The notes beneath the pieces were generated by a model. The model did not search any database and was not told the origin of the DNA. It saw only the letters and a program-made list of their open reading frames with translations. From Bilabrum cf. latius (lineage: Eukaryota), in NCBI GenBank assembly GCA_965178125.1, contig OZ237772.1:372001-436000 (forward strand): 64,000 nt of DNA, given 5' to 3'. This document shows positions 25,961 to 39,200 of this stretch, one piece after another (the stretch's first letter is position 1; the number at the start of each line of letters is the position of its first letter). The translations under genes and the position numbers were made by a program.

Positions 25961-26236
25961 ATGCCTCGAGGCGTGAAAAAGCAGCATCTACCCTCCAAAA
26001 TCTGCGTGGTGTGCAGCCGGCCGTTCACTTGGCGGAAGAAGTGGCAGTCGTGTTGGGAAGAGGTGCAGACTTGCTCAAAGAGATGCCAAGGAGAGAGACG
26101 TAGGATGCGAGCGCAGTCCAGAAAAGAAGCGCGCCCCACAATCGCACTGACGCTAGGATAGGAACTTGCCGTTGCTGTTGATAAAGACCCTGCCAAGGCC
26201 GAAGCAGCAGCAGAGCGGGATCCCGAGCGCTCTTGA
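25961..26236 (+). CDS. DUF2256-like small Cys/Trp (putative zinc-binding) protein, ~91 aa
   Basis: MPRGVKKQHLPSKICVVCSRPFTWRKKWQSCWEEVQTCSKRC is the DUF2256 signature (LP.K.C..C.RPF.WRKKW...WDEV..CS.RC). One TAG at 26159; TGA 26234-26236. Confidence 0.85.
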
Positions 26237-26592
26237 GTCGATTGTATAATCATGTGATATCGTAACTAAGTGTCGGTGAGGGTGATACACTGGCGATGTT
26301 CATCCAAGTAGCACGCAGCAATGCCATAGACGCAGCTGAGTTCCAACAATGATTGGCGGGCCCCATCGCGCTTAACGGTTAAGAGCATGGTTGACACAGG
26401 ATGCAGCGCTTCAAAGCCTGTGAGAGTGTAAGAGTGTGCATGCGAGAGGTGCCACGTGTTTCGTTAGTGTGCGGTGCATTTTGCCTGCTAAACACCTACA
26501 TGCAGTGGAATCTACAACACGCTGCCGCTGCCAATCAATCGCACATCATGCACGTGCCGTCCGTGCGACATTTCCCCAGCCAACTTGACACA

Positions 26593-29500
26593 TCACAATT
26601 CCTCCTTGCCCCCACCCTCCTCGTCCTCCTTGTCGTTTCCCCTGGCCGCCTTCTTCCCAGAGCTAGCCACCAGGGGACCGCCGAACACACCCGCTCTCAG
26701 CTGCTTGCCCACGTCCTCAAGCCTCCACCCCAGACCCCAGTGCTCACCCACAGTCCGGAGAGCCTGCTTCTGGGACAGACGGAACTGCACAGCGAGCCGC
26801 CGCCTCTCATGTCCCCGGGGCGTCGCCCCCGCGCTGGCAGGCGGATCCGCCACACCGGCAAGCTCGGCCTCGTCCTCGCCGATCGAGGCCCCGCGCGCCC
26901 CCGCACCCGCCTACATCCTCTAGAGGGCAGCAACGGCCCCCCATGCTAGCACCGCCCGAGCCCGCTAGCCGTCCTTGTCGCCCTCGCCCAGCCCAAGCAC
27001 CGCGCGCACGAACCTCTGAGCCTGCAGCGAGCCGTCGTGTCCTTGCACAACAGACCCCCCATCCACCCCGATGCACCCGCTGTGCAAGTAGCTCCGGAAG
27101 CCAGCCCGCTGCAGCCTCCCCTTCAGAGCCGATTCGCTCCAGAAATCCGCCACTTCCTCAAGGGTGACCCCGCTGCCCACGATCTCGCTCGCACCCGCCA
27201 CCAGCTGCCTGTCTTCTGGACTCAGTGAATCGAGCCCATTGGCCTGCGCCTGCGCCACCATGCGCTGCACCCGCGCCACGGCCCCCTGCTCCCCCAGGAC
27301 GGGCCCAAGCCGCCTTGCGTCCACATCAACCCTCGCGCAGTCGTGCCTGTTCCCCCCTTGCCCCTCCCCCTCGGCCCCCGTCCCAAGGCTGAACCCGTGG
27401 TACATGAAATACACGTGGTTCGGCTGCCCGTAGTCCTCGAAGACTTGTTCCCCGGCCAACACGCCGGCTGGTGAAAGGGTCTCTGCCCATCGGCGGCCCC
27501 TATGCCCCGGCCCCTCGGGACTGTCCTCCACCTCTCTGGTGGCGTGCACGGGAGCCCCCTCGGGCCCCTGCCTGCAGTTGACGAGGTCCAGCAGAGGCAC
27601 GAGGTGCCTCTGGCCCTTCCACCATATGGACCGCGAGTCCAGGATGGCGTAGGCCCAGCGGTACCAGTGCCAGGAGAATGCCTCCGCGTCGGGGCCCCCT
27701 CGTTCCCCAGGGTCTTCCGCGGGGAACATTCCGGGAAATTCCCGGAACACCACCCTGCGCAGGCCGCTGTACCTGCTCGCCGCCTGCCTCCTGTACTGCA
27801 AGATCTCCCCGTGAACGGGGGAACCTGCGAGCCATTCCAGCTCCGAGTCCTCCCACACCAAGGGATTGGTCTGCTCCTCGGGCCGGGGGAGAGTGGCCAA
27901 ATAGGGCGCGAACTCGGAGTCATTACCCCTGACCCTTGACTCGTGCAGCAGGTGCAGCAGCAGCTCATGAAAGTGGTCACCGCCCGGGAACTTTTTCCGG
28001 AGCTGCCGGAACACCGGGCCGAGAACCGTGCACCCGTGGGCAGAGTCGTGGCCCATGATCGCACTCGTGGGGATCCGAAGGTAGGGGGCGCCTTTGGACA
28101 CCTCCTGTTTGGCCACCACGCCCACTCGCATGCCACCCCCGACCCACTCGGCTTCAACCGGCATGTCTGCCTTCCCGGCGCCGTGCCTCCGCAAGAAGGC
28201 GTGGAGGCGGTCCAGCACACCAACCCACTCCTCCTGTGTGACAGGGGCATCCAAAGGTGAGGCTGGGCCCGCAATGCCGGCCTCCACTTCTTCGGTTGTG
28301 TGAGTCTGCTAGCCCCTGCCTCCATCTCGTGCAGTGGTACTGGGACTACTGGCCTGCTTACCACCAGAATCCTAACCGTCATCCTGCTGCTTGAGACCCC
28401 GATGCCTCCTCCTGCGCCTCCCTTGGCTCCCAGACGCCTTGCCAACCCGTCCTCGCGCACTATCGCCGGATCCTGCGAATGTGCCCTCTCCCTGGCCATG
28501 GCTATCAGCCCCCGAGATACCAGCAGCCAGTGCAAGCCGCTCGCCCAGCCGAAGTAGCAGAGTGTGCTGCTGCACATCAAGCTCGGCAAGAAGCGCTGCA
28601 GCTTCTGCTTCAGGCACGACGGCCCTGATCGCGGCACCAGATGCCCCAGTTTCCCCCTCTCCCTCCCTCTCCTTGCTTTGTTCTTTACCTGCCCCAGCGC
28701 GCTCCCACAGCAGCCTCGACCTCTCCTTCAGGCTGGTACCCGCCTCCTTGGCGTTCTTGGACTTTCGCACGCCGGCAGCCTCCTCTAGCACCCTAATTTG
28801 TTCCCTGACAGCCCCCAGAAGCACCCTGCTTCCCTCCTGCCCTGCCCCCCTCGGAGACCCGCCCAGGCACCTGGCCCAGCCCTCCTGACCGACTTTCTAG
28901 CCGTCACCAGCCTCCAGAATTCCACGGCAGCCCGCGTGGTGCTCGCCCCCGTCGTAGAGGTGCATTGCATGCACGCGCAGATAGCTCCACACCCACCTCT
29001 GAGGCTCCCCCGCGGGGGGGATGCACACGTGTCCCGGCCCCTGGCGGGTGCTGCCCACCGGCATGCCCAGCTTGCGGAGCAGCCTCTTCTTTCTATCCAT
29101 GCCTTGCTGCCGCTTGCGATGGGACAGCAGGGGCGGCGGCAGGGCGAGCCCATCGGGCCCCGGTACCGGGATGCGGCTCTCCAGTCCGGGCAGCTGCACG
29201 CGCGCGCAGTCTCCTGCGCCCCCGATCGGGGCCACGAACCCGTGGTGCACGAAGAACAGGATCGGATCAGAGTCGCCGTAGTCCTCAAACACTTGTTCCC
29301 TCGGGGCAGTTGCCCTGTCCGCCTTCACAACGAACCGATCTTTCCGCAGGGAATGAAAGGCCAGGAACCGGTCCCCGTTGCCCGAGTCCCTCTTGTCTGG
29401 ATGAGGCGCGTGGTTGTGGAAATCGGCCACGGGCACCATGTACTTGTTCCCTTTGATGGTCATGGCGCGGCTGCTCACCACGGAGGAGGCCCACAGGTAC

Positions 29501-30708
29501 AAGCCCAGGGAACAAGCGCGGGGCACACCCGCCCGGAGTCGCTGCCCCGCCTTGCCCGAGGCCTTGGCGACTCGGAGCCATTTAGAGGGCAGAGAGGAGG
29601 CGTCCACGGGGCAGGAGGGGGCCATGGACGACCCCAGCTCGGGGCCTCCGTTTTGGCTCCGGATCCCCTCGGCCAGTCGGGCGATGGCGGCGTGCAGGGG
29701 CTTCTTGCGGAACGTCCTCAGCTGCTGCAGGATCTCTGATTCTGCGCTCGCTGCCACGCCCGGAACGCTCGTGTCGGACATGGCTCCGTCGGGGAACAAG
29801 AATCCCGCGGGCACCGAACGGGGGAGCACGTCAATGTAGGGTGCGAAATCTGAGTATTCGCCGGCGAGCGCATGTGCGGCCACGAGTGCTGCCACGATGG
29901 CCTCGTCCTGCATCTGGGAGAGCATGGGCGCTATGGGCTTCCTGGCCCGCGGCTTGGAGGCACCATCGTCCGCTGTAGTATGCTGCTTCTCGTGCTTGTC
30001 GCACTGCATTGCGGTGCGAAGGGCGAGGTCGCGCGACCTGCGCGGCGGGGCGCGTTGGGGCGAGGCTCATTTGAGGTGAGGTGAGGTGAGGTGAGGTGAG
30101 GTGAGGCATGATAGCCAAAGGACATAGCAGGCAAGCGATAGCCATGTTCCGGGTTCATGGGGTCGTGAAACTTGCGATGGCACAACCTCCGCCTGAAACA
30201 ATCCCCGATACTACAGGACGGATTCACAACCAAACAGCGGCCGAGCCGGTCGCAATTGGCGCCACGAAATCGTGAAAATAGTGGCATGCGTACACCAAAC
30301 GAAACATCTTACATGACAGACTACAGGGGGATGTCAATTACCGCGGTCCCTTCAGAGAGCGATCCATTCGCAAGCAGCCCCAGCCCGAATGGTGCCGGAA
30401 AAGAATGCATAGTGACATTGGTTAGCTTCCCTGCAAGCTCGCATCAGAACGATAATAAATCAGATAGCATGGTACTCCTGTAGCAATTGGCGTAATTGCG
30501 CACGATTTCGACAAAATGAAGCTACGCGATGAAGGGAGCACCTGCTCTGCAGGCATGCAGCTGGTTCGCTTTCTATGACGCGAGTGGTTTGCTTACCCTG
30601 TCTACTTGAAAGCCAATCTAAAAACCTATCAATTTGTTGCTCTGGTGGCAGACTGGCCGTGCAACAGGATGCGCTTACCAGCACCGCAATCCACACGGTC
30701 CTTAGCAT
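26593..30708 (-). CDS. Tandem double-SET-domain lysine methyltransferase-like protein (SETD3/Rubisco-LSMT class) with signal peptide and C-terminal KEEL, ~1224 aa; complement(join(26593..30037,30313..30430,30597..30708))
   Basis: N-terminus MLRTVWIAVLVSASCCTAS. SET 1: FAPYIDVLP, WASSVVSSR, MVPVADFHNH, EQVFEDYG. SET 2: FAPYLATLP, WAYAILDSR, LVPLLDLVNC, EQVFEDYGQPN. Two GTAAG..YGCAG introns keep the frame. Seven TAGs; ends GGGKEEL-TGA. Confidence 0.85.
30073..30105. repeat. (GAGGT)n pentanucleotide microsatellite in predicted intron 2 of the SET gene
   Basis: gaggtgaggtgaggtgaggtgaggtgaggtgagg is visible directly. Confidence 0.9.
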
Positions 30709-30934
30709 GGTGAATTTCCGATAGACCTGCGGACCAATGTTGGGCCGGAAGATGGATCGTACTTTCACTTCCCCGTATCGCACCTTTAAATGTCCTTTGG
30801 TTGTTGGCTTGATGTGTTCAGAAGAAGCACAATGCAACCAATAGCTGCGTTGGGAATCGTCGTCACAGGTTCAAAGACTAGACACGGCCCGACGGCCATA
30901 CTGGTGCACTGAAAAGCAAAGGGATGGCACAGTA

Positions 30935-33613
30935 ATGGAAGAACTGGCAAGACTGAAGGCTCGGGCCGATGCTGAGTTCAAGGCCAAGCGGTATGTCTCC
31001 GCTTGCAGGCAGTACTCCGACTGCGCCAGGCAGGGAGACACCACGAATGGAGTCGCCCAGCTTTAGTCGGCGGATACAGCGTTCATTAAGCATGTTTCGG
31101 CTACTGAGCCCGGAATGGTTGGGATCGTTCGCGCATGCCACGCGAACGCATGCCTCTCGGCCCTTCGGGCCAGCGAAGCAAGCTGCTCCAGTTCCGAGGT
31201 CACAATACTTCTCGCGGAGATCGGCTCCTAGCCGGGTGCAGCATCCTTTGAGCACCAAGACCCTAGACACAGCTTGCACGAGGTCGCAATGTGGCACGCT
31301 GCCCGAAGCGTGGCATGGGATAGCAAATGGCACCGCGGCCATCTGCGCCTCTCCCAGGCAGCACTTTCAGCCGGAGATGCGACGCTGGCCCTTCAATCTG
31401 CCCGGCGAGCACTCGCGCTGAAACCAGACGATGTTCACTCCAAGGGCGCCTTGGCAGCAGCGCAGGCAGCCCTGGCTCAAAGCGAGCACAAGGCGAGCAC
31501 AGAGAAACATGCACCGATCGCCCAGCCGCCAGCAGCTGCCCGCGAGCCACCCAGGACCGCAGATGGCTGGAGGGAGGAAGGCAACCGTCTGCTCCGATCG
31601 AAGGACCCTGAGGCATCCATCCGGGCATACGATCGGAGCCTGGAGCTGGATGCCTCGGACGCACGCACCCACAGCAACCGGTGCCACGCGCTCCTCCAGC
31701 TCGCCGCGGCGGAGGCACCATTTCTTCGGCCCCACGGAGCGGCGGGCGGCGCTGACACGCACGCTTCGGCATCAGCAGCGGATTCAAGCGCTCCAAGCCG
31801 CGCGGAGCATGCTCGATCAAACCGGAACAAGCGCCTCACCTCCGCCCTGGAGGCGGCCTCGCGGGCGGCTGCCCTGCGGCCCGACTGGGCGAGGGCGAGA
31901 CTGCGCAAGGGGACCGTGCTGCTGAGGCTGGGGAGGATCGGCGCCGCGCAATCTGAGTTCCGCAAGGCCAAGCAGCTGTGCGCGGGCGTCATGACGCCGG
32001 AGGCGATGCGGGACAGCGGAGCCGCCGACCGGGGTCTGCAGGAGGCGGGTGCACTGCACGGTGGTGCGCCCGACTGGGTGGGTCCCACGGAGCTGACCCA
32101 GGGCTTGCAGGTGCGTGCGGCGATTGATGCGTTGCGGACTAGTGGCGGAGCAGGTGCTGGGACTTCGGGCGCAGACCAGAGCGCTACAAGTGGCCCACTG
32201 GGGGCAAGCACTAACAGCAGCAGCAGCAGCAGCAGCACCAGTCCAGCAGGCGTGAGTGCGTTGCAGTCCAATGCACCCAACAGGTCATCCAGCGAGGCCG
32301 AAGTTGAAGTTGACCCGATGGCCGCATTCCTCGCTGAAACGGACCAGGCAAGCCGCGCCGCCGAGGAACAGGCCCGCGATGCCAGGCGCGCGGCCGCCGC
32401 AGCAGCCTCTGCCGATGCCGAGGCTGCCAGTAGTGGGGGCGCAGGGTGGGACGGGACAGACAGCACTGGGGTCGCTGGATCCACCGCTGGATCAGCCACG
32501 TCGTCATCATCATCATCATCGAGCGGTGGATCCAGCGGAGCCCTCACGGCGTACATGGAGCCCGGTGCTGCCGTGCGGGCCGCGGGGAGCGCTGCCGCTG
32601 ACCTTGTGCTGGCCGCGGCCCAGGGGAGGAGGGAGCCGGACGAGGAGGAAGACGAGGCGAAGAGGATCGTGGAGGCGTGGGTGCCCAAGGGCGCCGCACA
32701 TTACGTGCGGAACCTCGGTGGTTCCGGCTCCGAGTGGCGCAATTTGAACCCATTCGCTGCCCTTGAGCTTCCCCTCGGGGCCGATGACGAAGCCGTTGGC
32801 AAACGCCTGAAATCGATCCAGACCATGGTGCATCCTGACCGGCACAGCACCACAGGGCTGGGCAAGCTGGCAGCTTCCGCCTTCCAGGCCATCAAGGCGA
32901 TCAAGGAGAAACTGGCAGACCCGGTGAAAAGGGAGCTGTCCGTTGCCCTGGTGCGAGAGGGGAGGAAGGAGGGGCGGGCGCTCGTGAAGGAAGAGGAGGA
33001 GAAGCGCCGAACCAGGGCAATCGAGCAGCAGCGGGTGCGCGCGCGCTCCAGCTCCTCCGCGGCAGGATTGCTGCCCGGTGCCTCGAAGTCTTCATCCTCC
33101 TCCTGGAAGATGAGCGAGGAGGAGAAGCAGGCCATGATCGACTCAGCGGTGGCCCGCACGTTTGCCAGGCTGGAGCACAGGCGGCGCACGGCCGAATCCA
33201 GGCGAGCCACGCAGGCCAGGGACGCTGCAGACGACGAGGCGGCGGAGAAAGCCGCCAAAGATGCCGAGGCGGCCTTTCAGAAGGAGTGGGAGGAGGGGGT
33301 GGAGGCGAGGGTGAAGCAGTGGAGACAGCACCAGGACGGGGTCAAGCCACAGGCAGCGAGTGGTAGGGTTGAGCCAGGGGAGGAACCCGACGGCCCCGGC
33401 CCTGGGAGCAAGCGACGGAGGGTGGAAGTAGCAGCAGCTGGTCCGGGCGGTCTGCTAGTGGTTGGGGGCGATGATGATGCAGAGGACGATGTGAGCGTGC
33501 TGCGGACAGTGAGGCCTTCACAAGCGGCTGCAAAGGCGGTGTCATCGCAGGCTGGTCGTGGGATTGGGGACAATGCCCACGGACCTATCGGCAAGCGGAG
33601 GAGACTGGCCTGA
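30935..33613 (+). CDS. TPR-repeat plus DNAJC8/Spf31-like J-domain protein, ~892 aa
   Basis: ATG 30935 MEELARLKARADAEFKAKRY begins a TPR. Further TPRs: WREEGNRLL..A...YDRSLELD..SNR; LRPDWARARLRKG. J-domain NLNPFAALEL...VHPDRH and C-terminal KEWEEGVEARVKQWR resemble DNAJC8. TAG at 31064 and 31229; ends TGA. Confidence 0.85.
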
Positions 33614-33822
33614 GCTCTGGGGGCGGCTATTTGGCGTGAGGGTAGTGAATTGATCGGATGGTAGTGAATTGAATGCAGGACTGCGCGTTATTCCAAATCA
33701 AGGGCTCCTATAATTTACGTGGATTTCCCCTTGAAAAGCCCTTGGTGGGCTTAACCCAACGCAAGTAAAGACTTGGATAGATCTATGGGTAGACTAGTGT
33801 ATGCGAATCCAGATGCCCAGTG

Positions 33823-36021
33823 TCAATTTCCATCAAATAATTTTGGGCCGGATCTAGGCATGACGTCATCCATCAAAGACTACCAGGCAGCCCGCTCCCT
33901 CTCGCGCGAGAATTGCTCTGCAACCATCGTCTTGCCGGCGCTGCCCATTCTCGAGCGAAGCTCGGCATACCCTGCTATACGCGTGATGTGGCCGACCGCC
34001 TCATCTGCAGCATCGAAGAGCAACCCAGTCTAGCCGTTCCGGACCACCTTGCAATTCCCGGGAATCCGCCTCGCCACCACAGGCACCCCGAGAGCGGCCG
34101 CCTCCAGCAGAGCGTTCGGCATCCCCTCCGATATCGACGAGTTCACCACCACGTCGGCCTCCAGCATCCATCGCAGGAGTGTGGGCCGAGGCACCGGCGG
34201 CAAGAGGACGGTACCACCATGCTTGGCGAAACCAGTAAGCCCGTCCGCAATGGCCTCTACTCCCTTCCCATATCCCATGGCCAACGCTCCAGTCGTCTTG
34301 ATATCTTCGTTGCCCGACTCGACAACAGGGTTTCTGTCACTAGCCGGCAGGGGATCGAGATCGCCAGTCGCACCACCAGAGACTGTCGACTCGGCAACAG
34401 GGTTTCTGTCACTAGCCGGCAGGGGATCGAGATCGCCAGTCGCACCACCAGAGACTGTCAACTGCTCGGGGGCCCGGAGCAGTTCGCAGATGTCCTCCAC
34501 GACCCAATCGCACCGTTCAGCCAAACCATCTGCGAAGTCACGGTCCAATCGAGGGCCCGCCATGACTAGCACAATTGGGCGGGCCGTCCCCGAGGCACCA
34601 TAATCCGCCTCAGCCGTTGCTTCCGTCGAACCTACACCGGCGGCAGCAGCCTTGCCGCTGACGCTGCTGGTGCTGCCGAGTGCGCTGTCAGCCGCTGTGC
34701 CACCCCCCATTGCAATTGACGACGCGCCTTTAACGTGCTCCCGGCCCGCGACCATTGCGTTATGCCGTCTCACTGCATCGAGCAGGAACCCAGGATCCTT
34801 CACTGGTCGTATCCCAGCGGGAAGCAGGCAGACAATCGGAGCCCGCGACACGGAAATCGTCCGGGCATGAGCATGCCCCGCGCGAGCCGGCGGGTATGTG
34901 CCATCCTTGCAATCAGAGTCATAGCGTCTTCCCGTCACCGAGTCACCACTTAGGCCGATTGCCCGCTCCCCGTCAGTCGTGGGCACCGACGCACTGGGGC
35001 TGCAGCAACTCTCAGCATCTATACGCAGGGGGTTTAGACGAAGCAGGGAGCGGAGAGATACGTGCCCGTAAGCTCCTAAGGTGGGGATAGCTGCAAGCGC
35101 GACCATTGGCCCAGATTCAGTGCTGGGCGTGCGTCTGCTGGCATCAGGGAAGTCACGATCGGAGCGACTCGATGGCTCGCTGTCGCCAGCACCACTGTCA
35201 GTGCTCCCAGCACTCGCCTTTTCCATACTTGGCCCGGACCCGAGGCAAGATACGTCAACAGCTTGCGGTATGGTGACTGCCTTGGTCAACACCCTGGCTG
35301 CCAATGCCTCTAACCCATCCGAAATTCCACCGCTTGGTGAAGAGCCTGCAACTGGCCTCGACCTCCGGGTAGCCCCAGAAGAGGCATGCTCTTGAGCACT
35401 CTCGTGCCCTTTGACCAAGCCCACAATCGATAGCCCTGCATGACTCCACCTTTCCTATGGCCCAGCGCTTTCCTTTTCTTCTTTCAATCGTGCCAGGTAG
35501 CACCCCGCCACGGATTCCCTAAGCAGAGCTGATCGGAGCGCATCGAGCATGCCAGAGGAGAATGCGACTACCCTAGCAGCGTTGTCGAGGGCTCGAATGC
35601 AAGCCAGCCGTCGGCTTTCATCGGTGGACGGCTTGAGGTACTCGTTCACGTCAGTGCCTCCGAGAACAAGCACCCACGGTGGCGAGCGTGAAGCGGCGGC
35701 CACGGCGGCACCGGCTCTACCACCGACTGCTGCAACTGTCCCCGCGGTTCGGGCAAGCGTATTGCCACCTAAGTCATCATATGCTACGTGCATACTTTGT
35801 GCTCGGTGAGACTGGTTTGGCATCAGGCGGCCAGACCTGTAGGCGTGGACTGCAACAACAACATCCACGCCGTCGAAAGTTGCGGTTTCGTTGTCAATAC
35901 GTGATGCATCTGTGATAGAGCATTCCCATCCTTTATGTTTGAAGTATGAAGAAATTCGTTTTATTGTGACACAGTTACCGGTGCACGGCGTAAGCGAAGA
36001 AATGAAGCGAACAGTGGGCAT
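33823..36021 (-). CDS. GLT1D1: Glycosyltransferase family 4 (GT-B) protein, GLT1D1-like, ~732 aa with large low-complexity insertions
   Basis: TGNCVTIKRI, AVHAYRSGR, VLGGTDVNE, LLPAGIRPVKDP, VVNSSISEGMPNALLEAAALGVPVVARRIPGN..VV..G*TGLLF, ERERAAW*SL. TAG at 35455, 34030 and 33880; TGA at 33823-33825. Confidence 0.85.
34316..34459. repeat. 2 x 72-nt in-frame tandem duplication (TVSGGATGDLDPLPASDRNPV[A/V]ES) inside the glycosyltransferase
   Basis: Two nearly identical 72-nt units start at 34316 and 34388. Confidence 0.9.
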
Positions 36022-36255
36022 CGTACCAGTCCATCACACTGCAGCCGCGATCCTGGGGCCATTAGGCCATTTAGCCATCCTAAGAGCCATATACGGTAAA
36101 ATAACGTCAAAACAGAGATTCCAAATGAAAGTATGGTTAGGATAGGGGTTGTAAGCTGCGTGCAAAACGCTTTTAGTTGTTGCTTTAATCACACTGTACT
36201 ATTTGGAAATATCTGGTTATTGGAGGAGCAAGAGACCCACTCGAGCCCCGACAAC

Positions 36256-39200
36256 ATGTCGGAAGCAATGCACATCGAGCCACAGAAGTCTGGTTCTGAA
36301 GGTGGTAGTGCGAAAGAGCCGCTGGCAAAGTCGCCATCCAAGGAAGAGAACGGTGATGGGCGCCCGCACTACGACGATCGCGAGCCGCCTGCAGCTTGCT
36401 CGTGTTTCGCAAACATATGCACGTGCTGTGCTGAATCTGGTGATGAAGTGAGTTGTATTTTCACGCGTATGTGTCTCGTTGGAATTTACAGCCTCTATTA
36501 GCGAGCATGGGCTTCCACCCAAATTTTGCTAGACATGATCCACCGGTAGAACCCGGTAGAACCATGAATTTGTAGCGTCAGGCGGGCACACAATTCATCG
36601 TGAATGTTGCGTATAATCTTAAATGACGTATCATCACTATAGCGATGGTACATGGCTTCCATGCAGCAGGAGAAGGGAGCTATGCAGCGTGCTACCTTTC
36701 TCGTAATCTCGGTTCCCCTCTGATTCGCGAGGCGGTACGGGCTTACAGCCACTGGAATTGATAGTCAAACAAAAAAGTAGAAATTGAGGTTGCTTTAGCC
36801 AGCACGGCCATCTTCATTTGAGTCCAATTATCACTTCGCAGCCCCTTGGATTCATCCCCGATGACAAGAGGAAGATGACCGACATGTGCTGCTGTATCGC
36901 GTTCATCATGTTTTGGGTCGGAATGGTGGGCGTGGCGTCCACTGGATTTGCCCTCGGCAACCCAAGGAGGCTGTTTTACGGCACCGACTACGAAGGCAAC
37001 ACGTGCAGCGTCACGGAGGGGTTCGACAACAAGCCGGTGATCGTGTACCCGCGCATCAACGAGGACTACGTGTTCAACGTGAGGCTGGCGCTGCAGGGCG
37101 ATTCGAATGCGTTCAGATTCTATGGGGTGTGCGCCAACCGGTGCCCGAGCGCTCTTGATGTAGTGTGCAATTATGAAATATCGGACGCGGAGAAGCCAGC
37201 CGCGGAGGCCTGCGTCAAGAGCGCGGCATACGGCAGCAGCCAGAGTCCCACGGGCCGCCGACTCCGATTCGAGGCCATGGGCGCCTCCGCCGAGGCGGCG
37301 GCCGAGTTCGAGGAGGGGCTACAGGCTGACTTTGGTGGACTGGGGGATGGGAACGGTGCTGTGTGGTGGGGGGACGGCGAAGACGAGGACGAGGAGGAGC
37401 CGGAGATGGCCGCGGGCCCTTGGCTGGACGACGAGGGGGTGCATCACATTGCGGCGCAATCGCTCGCGCGCCGCGGGCGCCGCCTGGACGTGTCGTGCAA
37501 GAAGGCCCGTGCCAACTGCTGGCTGATACCCACGGAGAGCACACCCGTGCTGAACCGGTGCGTGCCCAGCTACAACGTGTCGGAGGGGGGGAGCAGGACA
37601 TGTGTGCTGCCCGTGGACGTGTCCAACGCATTCGACCCCAGGTGCGTGCTCATGCGGGATCAGCGTGCGGCCGATATCTTCAGGCCGCCGTCTCCCTCGC
37701 TGGTTGTGGAGCAGCTGCAGAACGCCCAGTCCACGTGGTCTCGCAACTTTGGTGACCTGCAGCGGGCGTGGTGGGTGATCTTTCTGTGCGCGGTGGTGTT
37801 CGGGTGCCTGTTCGGGTTCGCCTTCGTCAAGCTCACCCAGATGTTCGTCGGGATTGTGGTGTGGACCATCGTGGTCCTGGCCGTGCTGACTTCAATCCTG
37901 TTCACCTTCTTCTGCTACTTCAGGGCCGGCATTCTCAGCGCCCAGAGCGTGCAGAGCTCTACTGAGTCGCTGATCAACAGGGACTTTGACGGGGTGTCTC
38001 AGTACACAGAGAGCCTGGACTCCACCTCGCAGTACCAGACTGCATTCAAGGTGGGTGCGTACACGATGACCGTCGTGTCCATCCTGCTCATCGGGATCAT
38101 CATTGCCGTGCGGCAGCAGATCAAGAACGCCATCGCGATCATCAAGCTGGGAGCCATGTCCATGTTCCAGATGCCGCTGCTCATCTTCCTGCCATTCGCC
38201 GGTGCCGCTCTCATGCTCGCCTTTTTGGCCTGGTGGGCCTACGCCGCTGCGGCCCTTGCCAGCGCCGGTGAAATCACCCCCACTGACATGGCCAAGGCGT
38301 TCGACAGCAGCACCGTGCAGGAGTACTTCCCCGGAGCCAACGTTACTGCCGTGCTGGAGGAGTTGAGGCGAGGGAACAGCACGGTTGCAACCTATGAGAC
38401 CGTGGACACGCTCAAGTACCTGCTGCTGTACCACTTCTTTGGCCTGCTGTGGACCAACCAGTTCATCCTGGGCATTGGCATCACCACCATCGGAGGCGCC
38501 GTGGGTGCGTACTACTTCTCCTTGGACGGCAGGGAGTCCTCCCCCGTGTACGGAGAGAGGCTCAAGCGGTGGAAGATCAGGGAGAACTGGCGCACCACGG
38601 GGGCGGCGCTGGAGATGAATCCCGCCACGGAGCACGAGCACGAGGAGGGCAAGAAGGGCGGCGGGGCCATGAGCCTGTTCGGCATGTTCGGGCAGCACCA
38701 GTCCCACCACTCGTCACACGCCGACGACAAGGCGGCCCATGACCCCACGAAGGAGCTCAAGGACGAGAAGAGCCTCGCTAACGTCCCTTAGTATCTCATG
38801 CCCGATGGGACCGTGGGCTCGCCCGAGAACCCCGCCGCCGAGGAGCTTCCCGACTTCACCTTGTACCACAAACACGGCCCGTGGGGCAACTATGAGATCG
38901 TGGCGAGCCTCTGGAGGGCGGTGCGGTATCATCTGGGCACGATCTCCTTCGGCAGTTTCCTGATCGCCTTTGTGCAGCTGGTCCGGTTCGTCTTTCAGTA
39001 CATGTCCGCACGGCTTGAGAAGCTGGAGCACCGGAACGCCATGGCCCATTACATCAAGTGCTGCATCACGAGCTGCCTGTACGTCCTGGAGCAGCTGGTG
39101 CGCTTCGTGTCTGCCAACGCCCTCTACTTCACGGCAATCAAGGGGTACAGCTTCTGCAGATCGGCACGGAATGTGTTCCTCCTGCTGTTCCGGTACACTG

